From Podarcis liolepis (taxonomy: Eukaryota): 64,000 bases of DNA. The first letter of the stretch is position 1, and each line of letters opens with the position of its first letter. Where the stretch lies: the NCBI GenBank assembly GCA_965112155.1, contig OZ218102.1; one strand, given 5' to 3'. The notes beneath the pieces are model-generated. The model ran no database searches, had not been told where the DNA came from, and worked only from the letters and a program-made list of their open reading frames with translations. A program made the position numbers and the translations under genes. Below, piece after piece: positions 25,061 to 38,675 of the stretch.

Positions 25061-26164
25061 TATTACCTGAAGGGCTCAAGTGACCTACTACCCCTTTAGT
25101 TCATGGGGGGTGCAGTCCCCCATGTAACTAGGACCTTGAAATCTTGCTGCCTGCAGCCAGTGGCGGAGCTTCATGCTCCGGCACCGGGGGCTAGAGAGCA
25201 GGCAGGGATGTGGCACCCAGTGCAGGGGGGGCAGCCGCAATGGCACCCCGCCGGCATCGTGCTGCCGGGGGCGGTGCGCTCCCCCCGCACGCCTCTTCCT
25301 CTGTCAGTGCCTGCAGCATAAATTTAGGTCTAGCTTGTGAGGGAGACAGTTCAATGAGCAGGAGCCTCAGCTCACAAAGCCTCACAGAAAGTACTTGGTC
25401 AGGCTGAATATCTGGGCACATCTAAGACCTGAGCTAGGGCAACCCAGCTCACTTGCCTCCTATGCACGTAAGCAGGGTGCAGATCTTCTAGTAAAAATGT
25501 AAGCCTTTTTAAAAAATACAACAACGGAAACAAAACCAAGCCTTGCAGACAATACTGGCCAAGACATTCAGCTGAAAGGTCATGAGATAAGTGTTTCACC
25601 CGTACTATCACACGAATAACACTCTGCATACAGGGTAGAAATCATAGGTGTGTTCTGAATACAAGGAGCTCCTGTCTATCGGAATCAGTTTGGTCGCATT
25701 GGAGCCAAGGTAGCCAGCCTGCAAATGCTGAGAGAGGCAGAAAGGTATGTAAACCAGGCCGCGAGGGCATAAGAAAAGCCCTGCTAGTTGCAGCCAAGGC
25801 CGATATAGTCCAGCATCCAGTTCTGACAGTGGCTAACAAAGATGCCACTCAGAAGTACACAGGAAGAACTTGAGTGCAGCAGCACTTTGCTCACCTGTGA
25901 TTTCCAGCAGCTGGTATTCAGAGGCATACAGCCTCCAGCCGTGGAAGTAGAACATGGTAGAAAATTCATTGTTCATTGAGTGAATTTGGGAGTAGCCAAG
26001 TGGTGCTTTGTTGTTGTTGTTGTTGTTGTTGTTCTGAATCTTCCCATTCAACATATGAAGAACCTGCTGAATCAGGCTAATAGCCCATCTGGTCCAACAT
26101 CCTGTTCTCACAGTGGGCAAGCAGGCACCTATGGGAAGCCCTCAAGCTAGGCATGAGCAACTAG

Positions 26165-26412
26165 ACACGGAGCAATGGATCCAAACTACAAGAAAGAAGA
26201 TTCCACCTAAACATTAGGAAGAACTTCCTGACAGTAAGAGCTGTTCGACAGTGGAATTTGCTGCCAAGGAGTGTGATGGAGTCTCCTTCTTTGGAGGTCT
26301 TTAAGCAGAGGCTTGACAACCATATGTCAGGAGTGCTCTGATGGTGTTTCCTGCTTGGCAGGGGGTTGGACTCGATGGCCCTTGTGGTCTCTTCCAACTC
26401 TGTGATTCTATG
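26165..26412 (+). mobile_element. young CR1 LINE 3' end
   Basis: Encodes [27 protein letters not shown]...; has a GATTCTAT tail; nearly identical to the copy at 52406-52965. Confidence 0.9.
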
Positions 26413-28039
26413 GTATTCACAACCTTTGACCATAGATGTAGAACTTCATTGTTTCATTTCATTCACTGAGTTCTTATGTTATGGAGACTTCTCTGTATCT
26501 TAGATGTGGTGGTGTTTTCCCACTTCCAGGGTGACTGTTATTCTGCCGTCACAGAAATTAGGGTGTAGGGGGAAGGAGAGTGTCATTTTGATGAAGAGGG
26601 AAATGATCCTTTAGAAGAGGCCCATTCCTTGGCTAACCAACTGATACCCTCTCACCAGAGATATTTGGTAAGGGTCTAGTAGTTTGTGGTAGTCAGTGAT
26701 TTGAGCATTAGGAATACAGGGAGATGGGTTTGTGATCAGTGGGACAGGTGGAACATGGCAATGAGTGATTGTACATAAATGATTGCCGGTCAAAGATTTC
26801 AAAGGAATGTAGTGTGCCATGTAGGAGAAGGTCACATTGTAAAGGCATATGCTAATTTCTCCAAGCCAAATAAAGGTAAGTTGGAGCGGCTACAGTTTTC
26901 CCTGGATAGAAACCCTGTGCAGACAAAAACAAAAAAAGTAAAAGGAGCAGCAGTCTTCTCTACAGAATTACCTCTACATAAATACCAGGCCTCAAAATTA
27001 ATTTAGTGATCAAAGTAAATTATAGCGCACCTGACCAAGACGCTGAGGGTGATGGATTATTTATTTAAAATATTTGTACGCTGCCCTTTTCTCATAGTTC
27101 AAGGAAGCCATAAGCAATTAATAAGTCAATATCATCGAACCAGCAAAGACAAGCCAGCAATAAAGCAAACAAACAGCAGCAGTGAAAACATCATAAAAAC
27201 TAGATGGATTGCAAAACACTTTAGACAATGCATCTTGAGGTCTGCTAAGTGTATTCGTGGATTGTCAAAAGGTTTTGACAAAGTGTCTCACCTATAAGAC
27301 TTCTGAGTGAACCTTGCAATTATAGGATATGCGGAAGTGTTCATGAATCAGAGTCCATATGTGAAATGAACTGCAAAAAGTGTGAACTCTTGAGGGTTAC
27401 ATTAAAGCTTAATTACAAAAGCAGTGTTGGTAACACAAATTTCTTTGGCGTTGTTACTGGAAGTAAAGATGGTCAACCTCTGTATTGGAGGCCAGTCTGT
27501 TCTGCAGGGATCCAGGAGCCAAAAAAACATGCCTCAATCCCATACCTCAAACCCCCCCTCCAAAAAAAGGGGGGAATTTCTGTGGCCACACCTAAATTTT
27601 GGAACTCTTCATCCCAAGAGGCTTGGTTGGCTCCATCCATAATGATGTTTTACTGCAGGGCAAGAATCTTGCAGTTTAGGCAGGTGGTTGACAGGTAAGT
27701 TTTTGACCAAGGCTTTTGTTATAATCTGCTTCATGTCTCTCTCTCTTTATTAGTGTGTGTGTGTGTGTGTGTGTGTTTGGAGGTTGGTTTTAATTGTTAG
27801 CCAGCCTGAATGGTGTGCAGACACCAGAAAAAGTGGAGGTACAAATTTGTGTATATAAATAAATAAACCTGAGTAGTTACTAAGCAGAGCAACAACAACC
27901 AAAAGAAAGAGGTATACATTACTGTATAGGGTATTTAACTATCGCTGTCATGGTTTCTGAGTACAAGTTTATTTACAAAGAAAGAATGCTTGCCACACCT
28001 GTGATATTTCTGGGGTCCATCGGTGATCATTATGCTGTC

Positions 28040-28490
28040 ATTTTCTCATAACAAATATTCAATATCATCATTTAACATACATTTTCTAGTTTCCCCCTCC
28101 CTGTTGACTTCCCCCAACTTCCATTTCTGGTTTCTTACACCAAATGTTACATTCTGCTGTTTATATATAATGTTCTGTTATCACTAATTATATTTCTTGT
28201 TCTCTGTAAATAAAGTTGTAAATGTTTATTTAAATCCTGCCAACGAGTCCATGTTTTTTTGTTGTTTCTGCAAGTATGTTGTAAAAGGTTCCCATTCTTT
28301 TCCAAAGTTGCTATTGTCCTTTTCATGCAATTTATCCATTAGCTTTGCCAATTCTGCATAGTTCATCAATTTTTCTTGCCATTATTCCTTAGATGGTATT
28401 TCTCCAGTCTTCCAATTTTGTGTTATTAGAATTCTTGCTGCTGTAGTGGCGTACATAAATAATGTCCAGTTTTTATTTGTCCTAAAATAC
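28040..28490 (-). mobile_element. L1-type LINE ORF2 C-terminus and 3'UTR, degraded
   Basis: The minus strand reads FMYATTAARILITQNWKTGEIPSKE*WQEKLMNYAELAKL...KEWEPFTTYL, with an internal stop. Confidence 0.7.
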
Positions 28491-29924
28491 CTAACAAGAA
28501 GGCTTCTGTTTTTTTCACAAAGGTTATTTTTTTCAGGACACAGCAAGTTCACATTTATGTCACCAGATGGGGCCAGAGCTACAAGTACAACTTCAATTAT
28601 ACTAGCAATTTTGCTTTCTTTTTCCTTATGTGGCTCTCAGTACAGTAGTCAATAATCTCATCACTTGGTTGCCATTGTGTAAGCAATGACTGGGAAGATG
28701 GCTATCTGGAGCATTTACATGACAGATCCAAGAGGCATTTCAAGAAATGCATCTAAAGGTAGGGAAATTCCAGAACCTGCTCATAAACTTTGCAATAGTG
28801 TCTTAAGAACATAAGAGGAACTTGCTGGATCAGGTAATGTCCTGTCTAGTCCAGCATCTTGTTTTCAAAGTGGCTGACCAGGTACCTGTGGGAAACCTTC
28901 AAGCTGGAATTGAAAGCCAGGCAGCGTGTTTTCAACACTTGTCTCTTTACCCAGGAGCTGGCTTTGAGAAGGGGAAGGATCATTTCCATCAGGAGCAGAG
29001 ACTGGTCCTCTTATCTCAAACCAGTCCCTTACCCAGAATGCAAAGCTGAAGTATTTAGTTCATTGTTTTTGGAGTGGGAGGAGAGGTGGGAAGTGGAGCA
29101 GGGAAATAGGGAGTTGAGAAGGGAGAATAATGGTGAGTGATAAGGCAGTTGGAGGGTGAAGAAATGCATCCCCCCCCCATCAAATTATACATGACTTTTG
29201 CATATAAATGTAACAGCTTCGCTATTGAAGTTGATGTTCCCTTCAAAGAAGCTGAACGAACACAGCTCCTCCTCTCACCAATTTCAAATACTGATAGACC
29301 TAATTGTTTGATGTCTGCATTGTTAACATTCCTTTACCCTAAGAATTTATATAGCTTCCCTAGTTACTGGCACATTCGTGTCACAGCTGGACAGATAAAA
29401 GTGTTGTAAAATACACACATACACATTTTAGATCTTCCTTACAGATTTTTAAAAGATTGTTACAGTTGCAATCCTATGTGCCTACTCAACCTGGGAATAA
29501 GCCCCACTGCAAACAACAGGACTTCCTTCTGCGTAGACACATATAGGATTCTGCTGTAAGGCCTCGATTCTGTAAACACTTTTTTGAGAGTTGGCCTCAC
29601 TGAACACTATTATTTGCTTCAGAGTAAGCATGCATTGGATAGAGGTTGCCAGCAGAAGCAGCAGCTGTAAGGTCTGGATTAACTGGTATGCTAAAAAATA
29701 GCTTCAGAGAGGGGATCCAGCCAGCTTCACAGCCATACCTTCCCATAATTATCTGGGAGTTTTGCAAAGCGAGGGAAATAGCCACCGATACCCTGTAAAA
29801 ACCTAGTATTTCCCGTGTTGCATGGAACATACCCAGTTACAGGAAACGTGAGAGTTCTGGAATCCTGGCCAGCATGAGGAATTAGCCTGTTCCTCCTTGA
29901 AATGTTGATTTGTACAAATAAATG

Positions 29925-30072
29925 TTGCATCGCACAACCAAACGTCTTCATCTGCCCCAGCTGCAGCAAAACATGTCTCTCCCGCATCGGTCTCTACAGC
30001 CACAGCGGCAGGCACTGCAACCTTCCAACTGTTTGACGCCTCACCCGAGACAGACGGATGCCAGCCAACAAA
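29925..30072 (+). mobile_element. RTE-clade LINE 3' end
   Basis: FICPSCSKTCLSRIGLYSH zinc-finger motif followed by GAGACAGACGGATGCCA. The same tail occurs reversed near 8142-8168. Confidence 0.75.
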
Positions 30073-30901
30073 GAAGTAGGGTAGAAAAAACAAGTCTGGC
30101 CTTTGTAGAACTACCATGAGGAATAATTTCCATTTCACACGTTGTAGTTCCTGCTTTTGCTTCATATGCTGCTTCGCAGCTCTAAAGTGATTTATTTTTG
30201 CTTTGTGAAAGCTTTATATCAAGTCCAATTTGCAAGTCTTTCTTGAGCTGCTCAACCAATAAGTTTTAGTTCCTCATTTGTTGTAAATGATCTTCCTTGC
30301 GGTGTTTTCCCTCCTAGATTTGGGTTCCCATGTGAAGATAATGCACTTTGCTTACCTTAATTCAAAACCACCCTGTTTTGTACCTTTTACCAGATGATAA
30401 AGAGTCACTGCTGTGCAAAATGTGTCTCTACAAATGTAGCAGGAACTTTGGATATTTTGGATGATACTGCATGTGGGATTTCAGATGGGAACTTGTTGTG
30501 GAACACGTACTGTTCGTGCTCAGATGCTTTTCACATCGTCCACATTACATCATCATCATCATCAAATTGCCCATACTTTTTTCTTCATTTAATTCAGATT
30601 TACTCGCTTTGCGGACAATTCCATAAGTAAAAATAACCTGTTATACATCCACAGACACCACCAGTTTCTCATTATCACACAGAAATGGTTCTTGCGGGTG
30701 AGGAGCTGGTACGTTAGCTTCCTGGGAGGTGGGTTTTACCAAGAGGGCAAGACAACATGGAGGTCAGCATGGTGCAGATGGACCAGCTAAGTGTAATGGA
30801 CGCAGCTGGACACACATGAATGGTGGGAGAAACCATCTGAGGAACCCCCAAGGGAAGAATTGTGGGTTTGGAAGAATAATAAAGGTGTGCATACACAGGT
30901 A

Positions 30902-31143
30902 CAGTGGTACCTCGGGTTACATATGCTTCAGGTTACATACGCTTCAGGTTACAGACTCCGCTAACCCAGAAATAGTGCTTCAGGTTAAGAACTTTGCTTC
31001 AGGGTGAGAACAGAAATTGTGCTCTGGCGGTGCGGTGGCAGCAGGAGGCCCCATTAGCTAAAGTGGTGCTTCAGGTTAAGAACAGTTTCAGGTTAAGAAC
31101 GGACCTCCGGAACGAATTAAGTACTTAACCTGAGGTACCACTG
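30902..31143. mobile_element. Tc1/mariner (Tigger-like) MITE
   Basis: CAGTGGTACCTC TIRs and TA TSD. Confidence 0.9.
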
Positions 31144-33459
31144 TACAGCAATCCCTGTGCCAAGAACAGAAAAGGGTATCGGTGGAAGGGGGCCTGTTGA
31201 TAAAAACAGGCCACATTCTGTCAAGTTTGCCCACCAGTGTGAACAGTAACAGCAATGACTATCAAAACAAAATATGTGGAAGCTAACATGCCAATCGTAG
31301 ACACACATTAAAGCAGGGTCTGGACCAGGGTTTATTCTAAGTTTTTTCCTCTTCTGCATAAGCAGCCAGCCCCTTGGCCACCCCTGAACTTTCTGTAACT
31401 TAAAGGAAGAACTTAAATGAATGGAGAAGTATGGGGATGTGTCTGTCCCTCCCATTATTTGGGGGAAGAGATTATCTCCCCTTCTTAACCTACAGTTGGG
31501 TGCCGAGACTTCCTTCCCAAAGCATGACTGAAGCTGATGACCCCCATCCTGAAACAAAAGAAAGGTTAACATGCTCAGCATAATGTGTGAGGAATCACCT
31601 TGGCACAACTGCGTGGTCTTCTGTATGTAAACGATTGTATAGCTACATACTGTTTAAGCAGAGTTCAGTGTGAGTCAGTGAATGCCTTTGACTAGTCAAT
31701 TAATACATTATTCTCGTAGTCCCATAATAAAATATTAATGTAAGGTTATGGAGATTTGTAAGGAACCAATATTCATCTTTATTTCCTAATTCTCTTTTCT
31801 CATCTGTTTCTTTTTCAGAAACGACCTACCTCCTTGTTAAATAACATATGCCCAACCACACAGATTTATTTATTTTTTGACAATGCAAAAAATGCATCAT
31901 GTTTCATGTTAGACTAAATCCTGGTCTGAGCAACCCCTGGGTGATATAAAGTCCCCATTTCAGAGAAAGAGGGGAGATTTGGGACAAACCTGTCCATTTC
32001 ACAATTTAACACTAATTTGCCTAATTTGCAAACTGAAGGGCATCTGTCCTGCTCCGCACATCATGTGCATGTGTGATTGATAATTGCTTTGTTATTTATG
32101 CTTGGGAAAAGGGACTTTGCAACTCTTAAAACACTAAAAATGGGATGGGACATGCTTTGACTTATCATGCCCAAAGGGCCTTTGTCTCAGCTGGGGGTTT
32201 CCAGGGAGATGCAGAGTGATCGGAGCACAGTGTGACATCAGTGGGGGGGGGGGAGGGCCTGGAGGGCTAATCTGGGGGGGGGGGGGAATTCCATGGGATT
32301 GGAAGAGAACAAAGGAACCGCAGGAACTCCTTTGAGGCCAGCGTGAGGGTGAGGAGTTATCCTTAGGGAAGCCCATAAAAAGATAAAAATAGGGTAGCAA
32401 TATTCTTGACTTTTGGCTTGGGGGAGAAAGTTTCACAGCTCGATAAGGAGAGCCCAAGAGGCCATACTTCATGTCCTGGCTGCTTAACTGGAAAAGGCTA
32501 AACACGGCAGTTTCAGTATCATGACTCTTAACACCACCACCAAGAAGCCTAGGAAGCTGTAGAGTTCCCTAGAGGTGGCAAACAATGACTAAGCAAGTAG
32601 TTGTGGTTAGAGTGTCGGACTAGGACCTAGGAGTCCAAATCCCAACTCTCTGGGTGACCTTGGGCCAGCCACTCACTCTCAGCCTAGCCTATCTTGCAGG
32701 GTTATTGCGGGAATAAAATCGAGAGGGTGAGAACCATTTACATCCCCTTGAGCTCCCTGGAGGAAATGCGAGATATACCCAATGAACAATGCTATATACA
32801 CTTGAAACTGGAATTTTTCAAAAGCAGCAGTAGCGTCATGCCCAGGCAAGCTGGGGTAGTTTATTTTTCTGTGTCATAAAGTTTTAGAAAGTCAGTTTCT
32901 TTTTTTGTGCAGTTGAGGGTCGTCTAGTCCAACCCGCTGCAGTTGTGGGGTGGGGTGTAATCTTTCCCCCTAAAATAAATAAGCCAAATATTATGTTGAA
33001 CCATTAATTCTGCTGTTTACAGGACATCTGGGAGTAAGATGACCCTGACTACTCTGTCAAATGCCAATATTGCTTTATTCTTCCTTTGCTTATGACAAGT
33101 AAATGGAGTGCTTTGAATCTCTCCCAGGGTTAAGTGGTGATGCAGTTTCACATCTGGACTGAGTAATTGTTACCCCTAATGTTTGGGACAGAGTAGCCTA
33201 CAAGAATAAAGAATGTAACAAACACCCCTGTGTCTACCTTCATGAATGTCCCCATGGCATATCAAATAGTTGGAATCTTCGTTCCCAGTAGTGGGTGGAA
33301 GAATTATGAAATGGTAGAATCCACGGTACCAGTTATGGCTGCAGGAGAGGGAAGTAAAAGGAAGAAGTAAACCACAGAGAGAGGGTCTAGCCCAACTCAC
33401 TCCCTGTTGTGTATGCCTTCTACTTGTAGGGAGTAGAGGAGCATTCATAAACACTGCAG

Positions 33460-34530
33460 AATCACAAGAATGGGAAGCAAACCTAGAGGTCATTGACTCC
33501 AGCCTCCTGACCAATGCAGGATGCAACTACAGCATCCTTGGCGAGTGGCCATCCAACCTCTATTTCAATACCTTTGGGAAAGCAGAGCCCATGGTTCCCC
33601 AATGCAGTCGGTTCCACGGTCAAAAAGCTCTCCCCATCAGGTTTCTTCCAGTGTTTCTGCTTCCCTGCAATGTCCACACATTGGTTCTAGTCCTGCCCTC
33701 AGAAACACAGAGAGCAAGTCTGCTCCATCTTTTCCAATGGAGGGATGCAAAAAGCAGAGGCCCCTAAGGATCGGTATTGGGACCATAACTTGCCCATAAA
33801 TGATCTAGAGTTAGGGGTGAGGAAGCCAAGTTTGCAGATGATACAAAATTATTTCAGGGTGGTTAAAACAAAAAGGGATTGTGAAATATCCAAAAAGAAA
33901 ATTTCCAAAGTGGCTGAATAGGCAGTAAAATGGAAGCAAGTGAGGTTCAATGCAAGCAAGTGAAAAATGATGCACATTGAGGCAGAAAGTCCAGTTTTCA
34001 CTTATATGCTCCTGGCGTCTGAACTGACAGTGACTTACCAGGAAAAAGACCTTGGGGTCGCAGTGGGCAGCTTGGTGAAGATGTTGACCCAGTATGGAGC
34101 ATTTGCTAGGGATCACTAGGGAAGGAACTGAAAACAAAACTGCCAATGCCATCATGGTGACGTACAAACCTATGTTGTGGCTGCACTTGATAAGAGGAAT
34201 GCTTCATAATATTATACACGGTGTGGAGAAAATGGAAAAGGATACATTTTTGTCCTTCTTTCCTACTGCTAGAACCCAGGGTCATCCATTGAAGATGAAT
34301 GCTGATAGATTCAGGACAGACAAAAATAGGACTCCGCCACACAGTGCTTAGTGAAAACCATGGAATTTGCTCCCATGAGACGGGCACCAATTTGGATGGC
34401 TTTAAAAGAGCTTCCAGCAACCATGTTCTGCGTGCCAGCCCTTCAGATATTGGGAGACTGCTATCACATCTCGCCTTACTCTTCCCCAGGTTAGCTATTC
34501 CCAGCTCTTTTGACCATTCCTCAGAGGGCA
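33460..34530. mobile_element. cluster of old CR1 fragments in both orientations
   Basis: KFADDTKL-like motif (AAGTTTGCAGATGATACAAAATTA), QEKDLGV and RTQGHPLKM remnants. Confidence 0.7.
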
Positions 34531-36937
34531 TAATCTACTGTATATATTCTGAACTGGTACGGTCCATTTGGATAATCTCAATAACTCTACTGCTTCATTT
34601 TCCTGCATCAGATTTAGCAATAGAATGTAGGGACACAGGAATCACAAACTTTTTCTAATCTTTTCTGTTGTCCTGCAGCAGAAATACGGGCGAGTTACAT
34701 AACCGATATGCATCCAGTCTGTAAAAGACAAGTCAGGAAAAGCAACACATTTTTTTTTCACCTGGTGCTGTCACTCTCTGACTCATAAATTCATCGTTTT
34801 GACTCTAGAGGAGGGACAACTGGCATTATCAGGTGTGCAACCCAACCTATGCCACATTGACTTGGAATGAAATACCAGAGAGTTAAGTGAGACTTACACC
34901 CAAGTTGGGGCGAGTGCATAAGATTTCCACTTCTCTTCCTGGTTACCTCTGTGCTCCACAAACTAGGGCATATTTTGGGTTGGGCTTTTGAATCTTTATC
35001 TCTAGTGATTAGGGTTTCTAGTTTTCACCTGTTCAGGCCAAGTTTCATTCCCAGTAAAGGAATTTACAATACCTTTGGGCAGTGGAGTCCGGTTTCCATT
35101 GGGACAGGGTGCAAGGAGGCCAACGGTAAATAGAACCAGAGCCAATTCTAATTGGGAGCTCTCTAATTCTGGTTTTGTCCCCATCCTCCTCCCTGCTGAA
35201 TTGTACAACGGCAACACTGGATTGAACAAAGGCAATATCCCTGTTGCTACCGCCTATGTTTCTTGAGCTAGGAAGGCAAGCAGAGCCACCCCAGGCTCTG
35301 TGAGGACAGGGGGAGGTCTTGGCAATACAACTTGCGAAGGACTCCTTCCTTGACCCTGCTAGAGGCATCTACTTTGAGCTCCTCCAGTCTGTTCCCTGGA
35401 ATGAGAGAGCAGGTGACAGCTGCTCCTTGTACCTGGCAGCTGGCAAGCGTCAAGAGCAGCAAGCAGCCTGTTCTCCCCCTCTGGGCAGTGATGCAGATTT
35501 CCAATCCTCACCACTGCCCAGAGGGACAGGGCAGGTGTGAACAGCTTCTCCTGTTCTTTGTAGGCCCTCCCAGGGCCTTTTGACCCACAGACGCTGCCTT
35601 CCAACGCCAACCCTAGAGGCAAGGGAATGTCTCTCGCTAACACTGCTCCCGCCCGTCCTTTTTCTCTTGCAAAACAGGCAGCCATTGTGGCTAGTTTTCC
35701 TCTGGTTCCGATAACTAATCTCTCGAAATAACTTAACAACTGTGTTTAGCCCCCTTTCCCAGTCACACCGAGGTTTCAGAAGGGGCGGTGGCCTTCCTGT
35801 ACAAACTGGTTTGCAGAGCGGAGGCCGGGCTTTGCTGCACCTTTTATCTGAAAGAGGACCTGGCTCGGGTGACTTGCAAGCGAGATCTATACCACACAAC
35901 AGCCTGAGTCATTCAGAGCCTTTCCTTTTAGTCGTCTCAAAGTTCAGCTATCTGTGTTTGAGAAAATGAAAATGCAAACACACTTAGGTTTCAGGCAGCT
36001 GACTACAGAGGGTGATGCAGCTGGACGCAGCCTTGATTTCATTGGAATGTCCTCCTTGGTAAGTATGCTTATAAACACAACCTTAATGAGAGAAGGGCCT
36101 CTTCACCTTCCAGAGTTATTTTTCTCTGAGCTGTTAAGAAACCAGAAGGTAGAAAACAAAGTTCTCTCAAAGGCGCTGGTCCCACAATATCCCCCAAACT
36201 TGAATGGCTCATAGATGATTAAAAAAAATAAAAATCCTACGAGCCAGGTTAATTAAAATAGTGTTTAGAGACAGTATAGCTGTGTTTACCACACACAAGT
36301 GGTGCTTACAACCTTTCAGCCCCATTCAGAGAATGTGCAAAGGCATGAGGTATTCAGGGCACATTTCCATGGGGCAGATTAAGAGGCCCGGTGGGCTGTA
36401 GTTGGCCCCTCGGCTGGAGGCTCCCCCCACCCGCCCAAATACCCTGCAGCATGAAAAAAGTGGTGATTTCGTTCACCCTAGACTCACTGGTTTGAGCCTG
36501 GGACTGAATCAGCTTTGGTCATCTTGATGGATGGCCTTTATCGGGAATATATGTGGGGCTGAAGTTGACCCAGAAAATGTCACTGGTGCAAAAAAGTGGC
36601 AGCTGAGCTACTCACTGGAAAGAAAATCACCACTGTATTATACCTTGGCTGAAAGAATTACAATGCCCTACAGCTTGGGAACTCAGATACTTAAAAGAGC
36701 ATCTCGTCCTTTATATTCCCAACCAATCACTGTGCTCTGCCGGAGAGGGCATCCTGCAGATTCCATCTCATCAGGAAGTCATTTCCACACAATGTCAGAA
36801 TCAGGCCTTTATAGTGGCAGAACCTACCCTTTAGAACTACGGTAGTCCCTCCTGTTACAGGTTAGACAATTGCCTTATCTGCTGTAGACTTCTCTCTTTC
36901 AACAGCATTCTAAGAGATTAGTTTCTCTTAGTCAGTA

Positions 36938-37612
36938 CAGTGGTACCTCGGGTTACATATGCTTCAGGTTACACACTCCACTAAGCCTGAAATAGTGCTT
37001 CAGGTTAAGAAGTTTGCTTCAGGATAAGAACAGAAATTGGGCTCCGGCGGCACAGCGGCAGCAGGAGGCCGCATTAGCTAAAGTGGTTGTAACGGTTCTA
37101 GGGGTTGCTTGTGCGTAAGCCGGTGCTTATTTCCCCGGCTGGGTGCAAACACCTGGCTGGGTTGCCTAAGTGAACCTTTTCTGTCCGGACAGCCACTCAC
37201 TCGTGGCTGACTCAATCGCTGGCAGAATCCGTCAGTGGGCGTTTCTTAAACTTCTTCCAGCAAAGAAGCTCTTTGACGCCTAGTCTCCTCCTACTCTCTC
37301 TGCGTGAAAGCCTTCTGCGCAAGGAGGGCGTGGGCAGCGGAGGACCCCTACTCTCCCCGCTTGTCCCAGGCAAGGAGCCTCGCCGCTTCCCACATCTGCC
37401 CCCCTTCTCCACTGGTGCTACGCTGATTCTCTTCCCCAGAAGATGGGCTGCTTCTCCCGATCCCTGGACGCTCTCTGGAATCCCTCTGGCTTTTGCTCTC
37501 TCCCTCCGGCACTGATGGCAGTTCCCTGACAGTGGTGCTTCAGGTTAAGAACAGTTTCAGGTTAAGTACGGACCTCCGGAACGAATTAAGTACTTAACTC
37601 GAGGTACCACTG
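36938..37612. mobile_element. Tc1/mariner MITE interrupted by a solo LTR
   Basis: Same TIRs and TA TSD as the other copies; the sequence resumes exactly after the insert. Confidence 0.9.
37088..37531 (-). mobile_element. solo LTR (444 bp)
   Basis: TG...CA termini (TGTAAC...CTGACA) and 5-bp TSD GTGGT at 37083-37087 and 37532-37536. Orientation is tentative. Confidence 0.85.
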
Positions 37613-38149
37613 TATCTGTATTGGTTTTGAAATGGATTTTTTTTTTTAATACTCGTGATTGTTTTATCTGTTTTTATGTATATACAATTGTTTTATACAT
37701 GTTTTTATTGTACGATGAAATCACTTTGAGATGCTTCGTAAGAACCAATTCATAAATGAAATTATTATTATCGTTATCATTGTCATCATCACAGGGTTCG
37801 GCAGAAGATAGATCAAGATCTACTGGTAGATTTCTGAGTGGTTTGAAGTAGATCAGCAAGGTTTCTGGTTCCTGGTTGCATCACAACAAAAAGGGGGTTT
37901 TCCCCTCTTCTAAAATTGGCTGCTGATATGAAGAAAACCTGGCTGGTGGTGGTAAGTAGATTCTAGTGTGACCGGACTCTTTAATTAAGTTCTGGTACCG
38001 AAAATGAATTCCTGGGTTGAGCATGTGCTCAGAGGCACGCTTTTTCTTAAATCTAATTGTACAGTATACCCACCCACCCACTGCCAGCCACGTTTTTGCA
38101 CCTGACTCCAGGGTCCTGGGGTCTCAGAAGTCTTGTAATTTTTCTACAT

Positions 38150-38675
38150 TCATTTTTTTAAAAAATATTTTTCCTAGCAAACTGTATTACTAAAGTAATA
38201 TTGATTAAAGTATAAATATAAATTAAGCCCTCCTCCCCCACTAGGAGAGGTTTTTTTTTAGTCTTCAAATTACATTTCTTTAAAACACTATATAGTCTAC
38301 AAGCAGGATTAAGAATCTTCTGTGTAATGTAATATTCAATCTGCTATAATACATAACACTAATTTTCCCCTTACAGCATTCATTTTTTTTATAACCTATA
38401 ATCAAAACAAATGACTCCATTAATTAGATCCACATTTCATTTTTCTTAATTCCTCGAACCCTTCTGAAAATGATCCTATTTTTCCTTTTTTTAAAACCCA
38501 AACCATTTCATATGCAGTTGGAACTGTTCTACCAGATTCCTGGCTATTTATAAAATCAATAAACAAAAACCAGTCTGCCAAAAACTTGTCCGTCTCTCTT
38601 TGACCTCTCATTACTTGAAGTTTGTGAGACAATCTTTCCAGTACAGCTAATTGCCAAACTTCTTGTAAAAACACC
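38150..38675 (-). mobile_element. degraded L1-type 3' fragment
   Basis: QEVWQLAVLERLSHKL...FLADWFLFIDFI resembles squamate L1 ORF2 ends, followed by an AT-rich tail. Confidence 0.5.

Noticed and set aside
24112-25099. Long ORFs (215 aa and 274 aa) and a CRISPR-like periodic look
   Set aside because: The ORFs are by-products of a GC-rich tandem repeat. The units are near-identical with no unique spacers, there are no cas genes, and the context is eukaryotic.
30394-30630. Cys-rich 78-aa ORF after an acceptor-like sequence (possible defensin-like exon)
   Set aside because: No recognisable cysteine spacing, signal peptide or partner exon.
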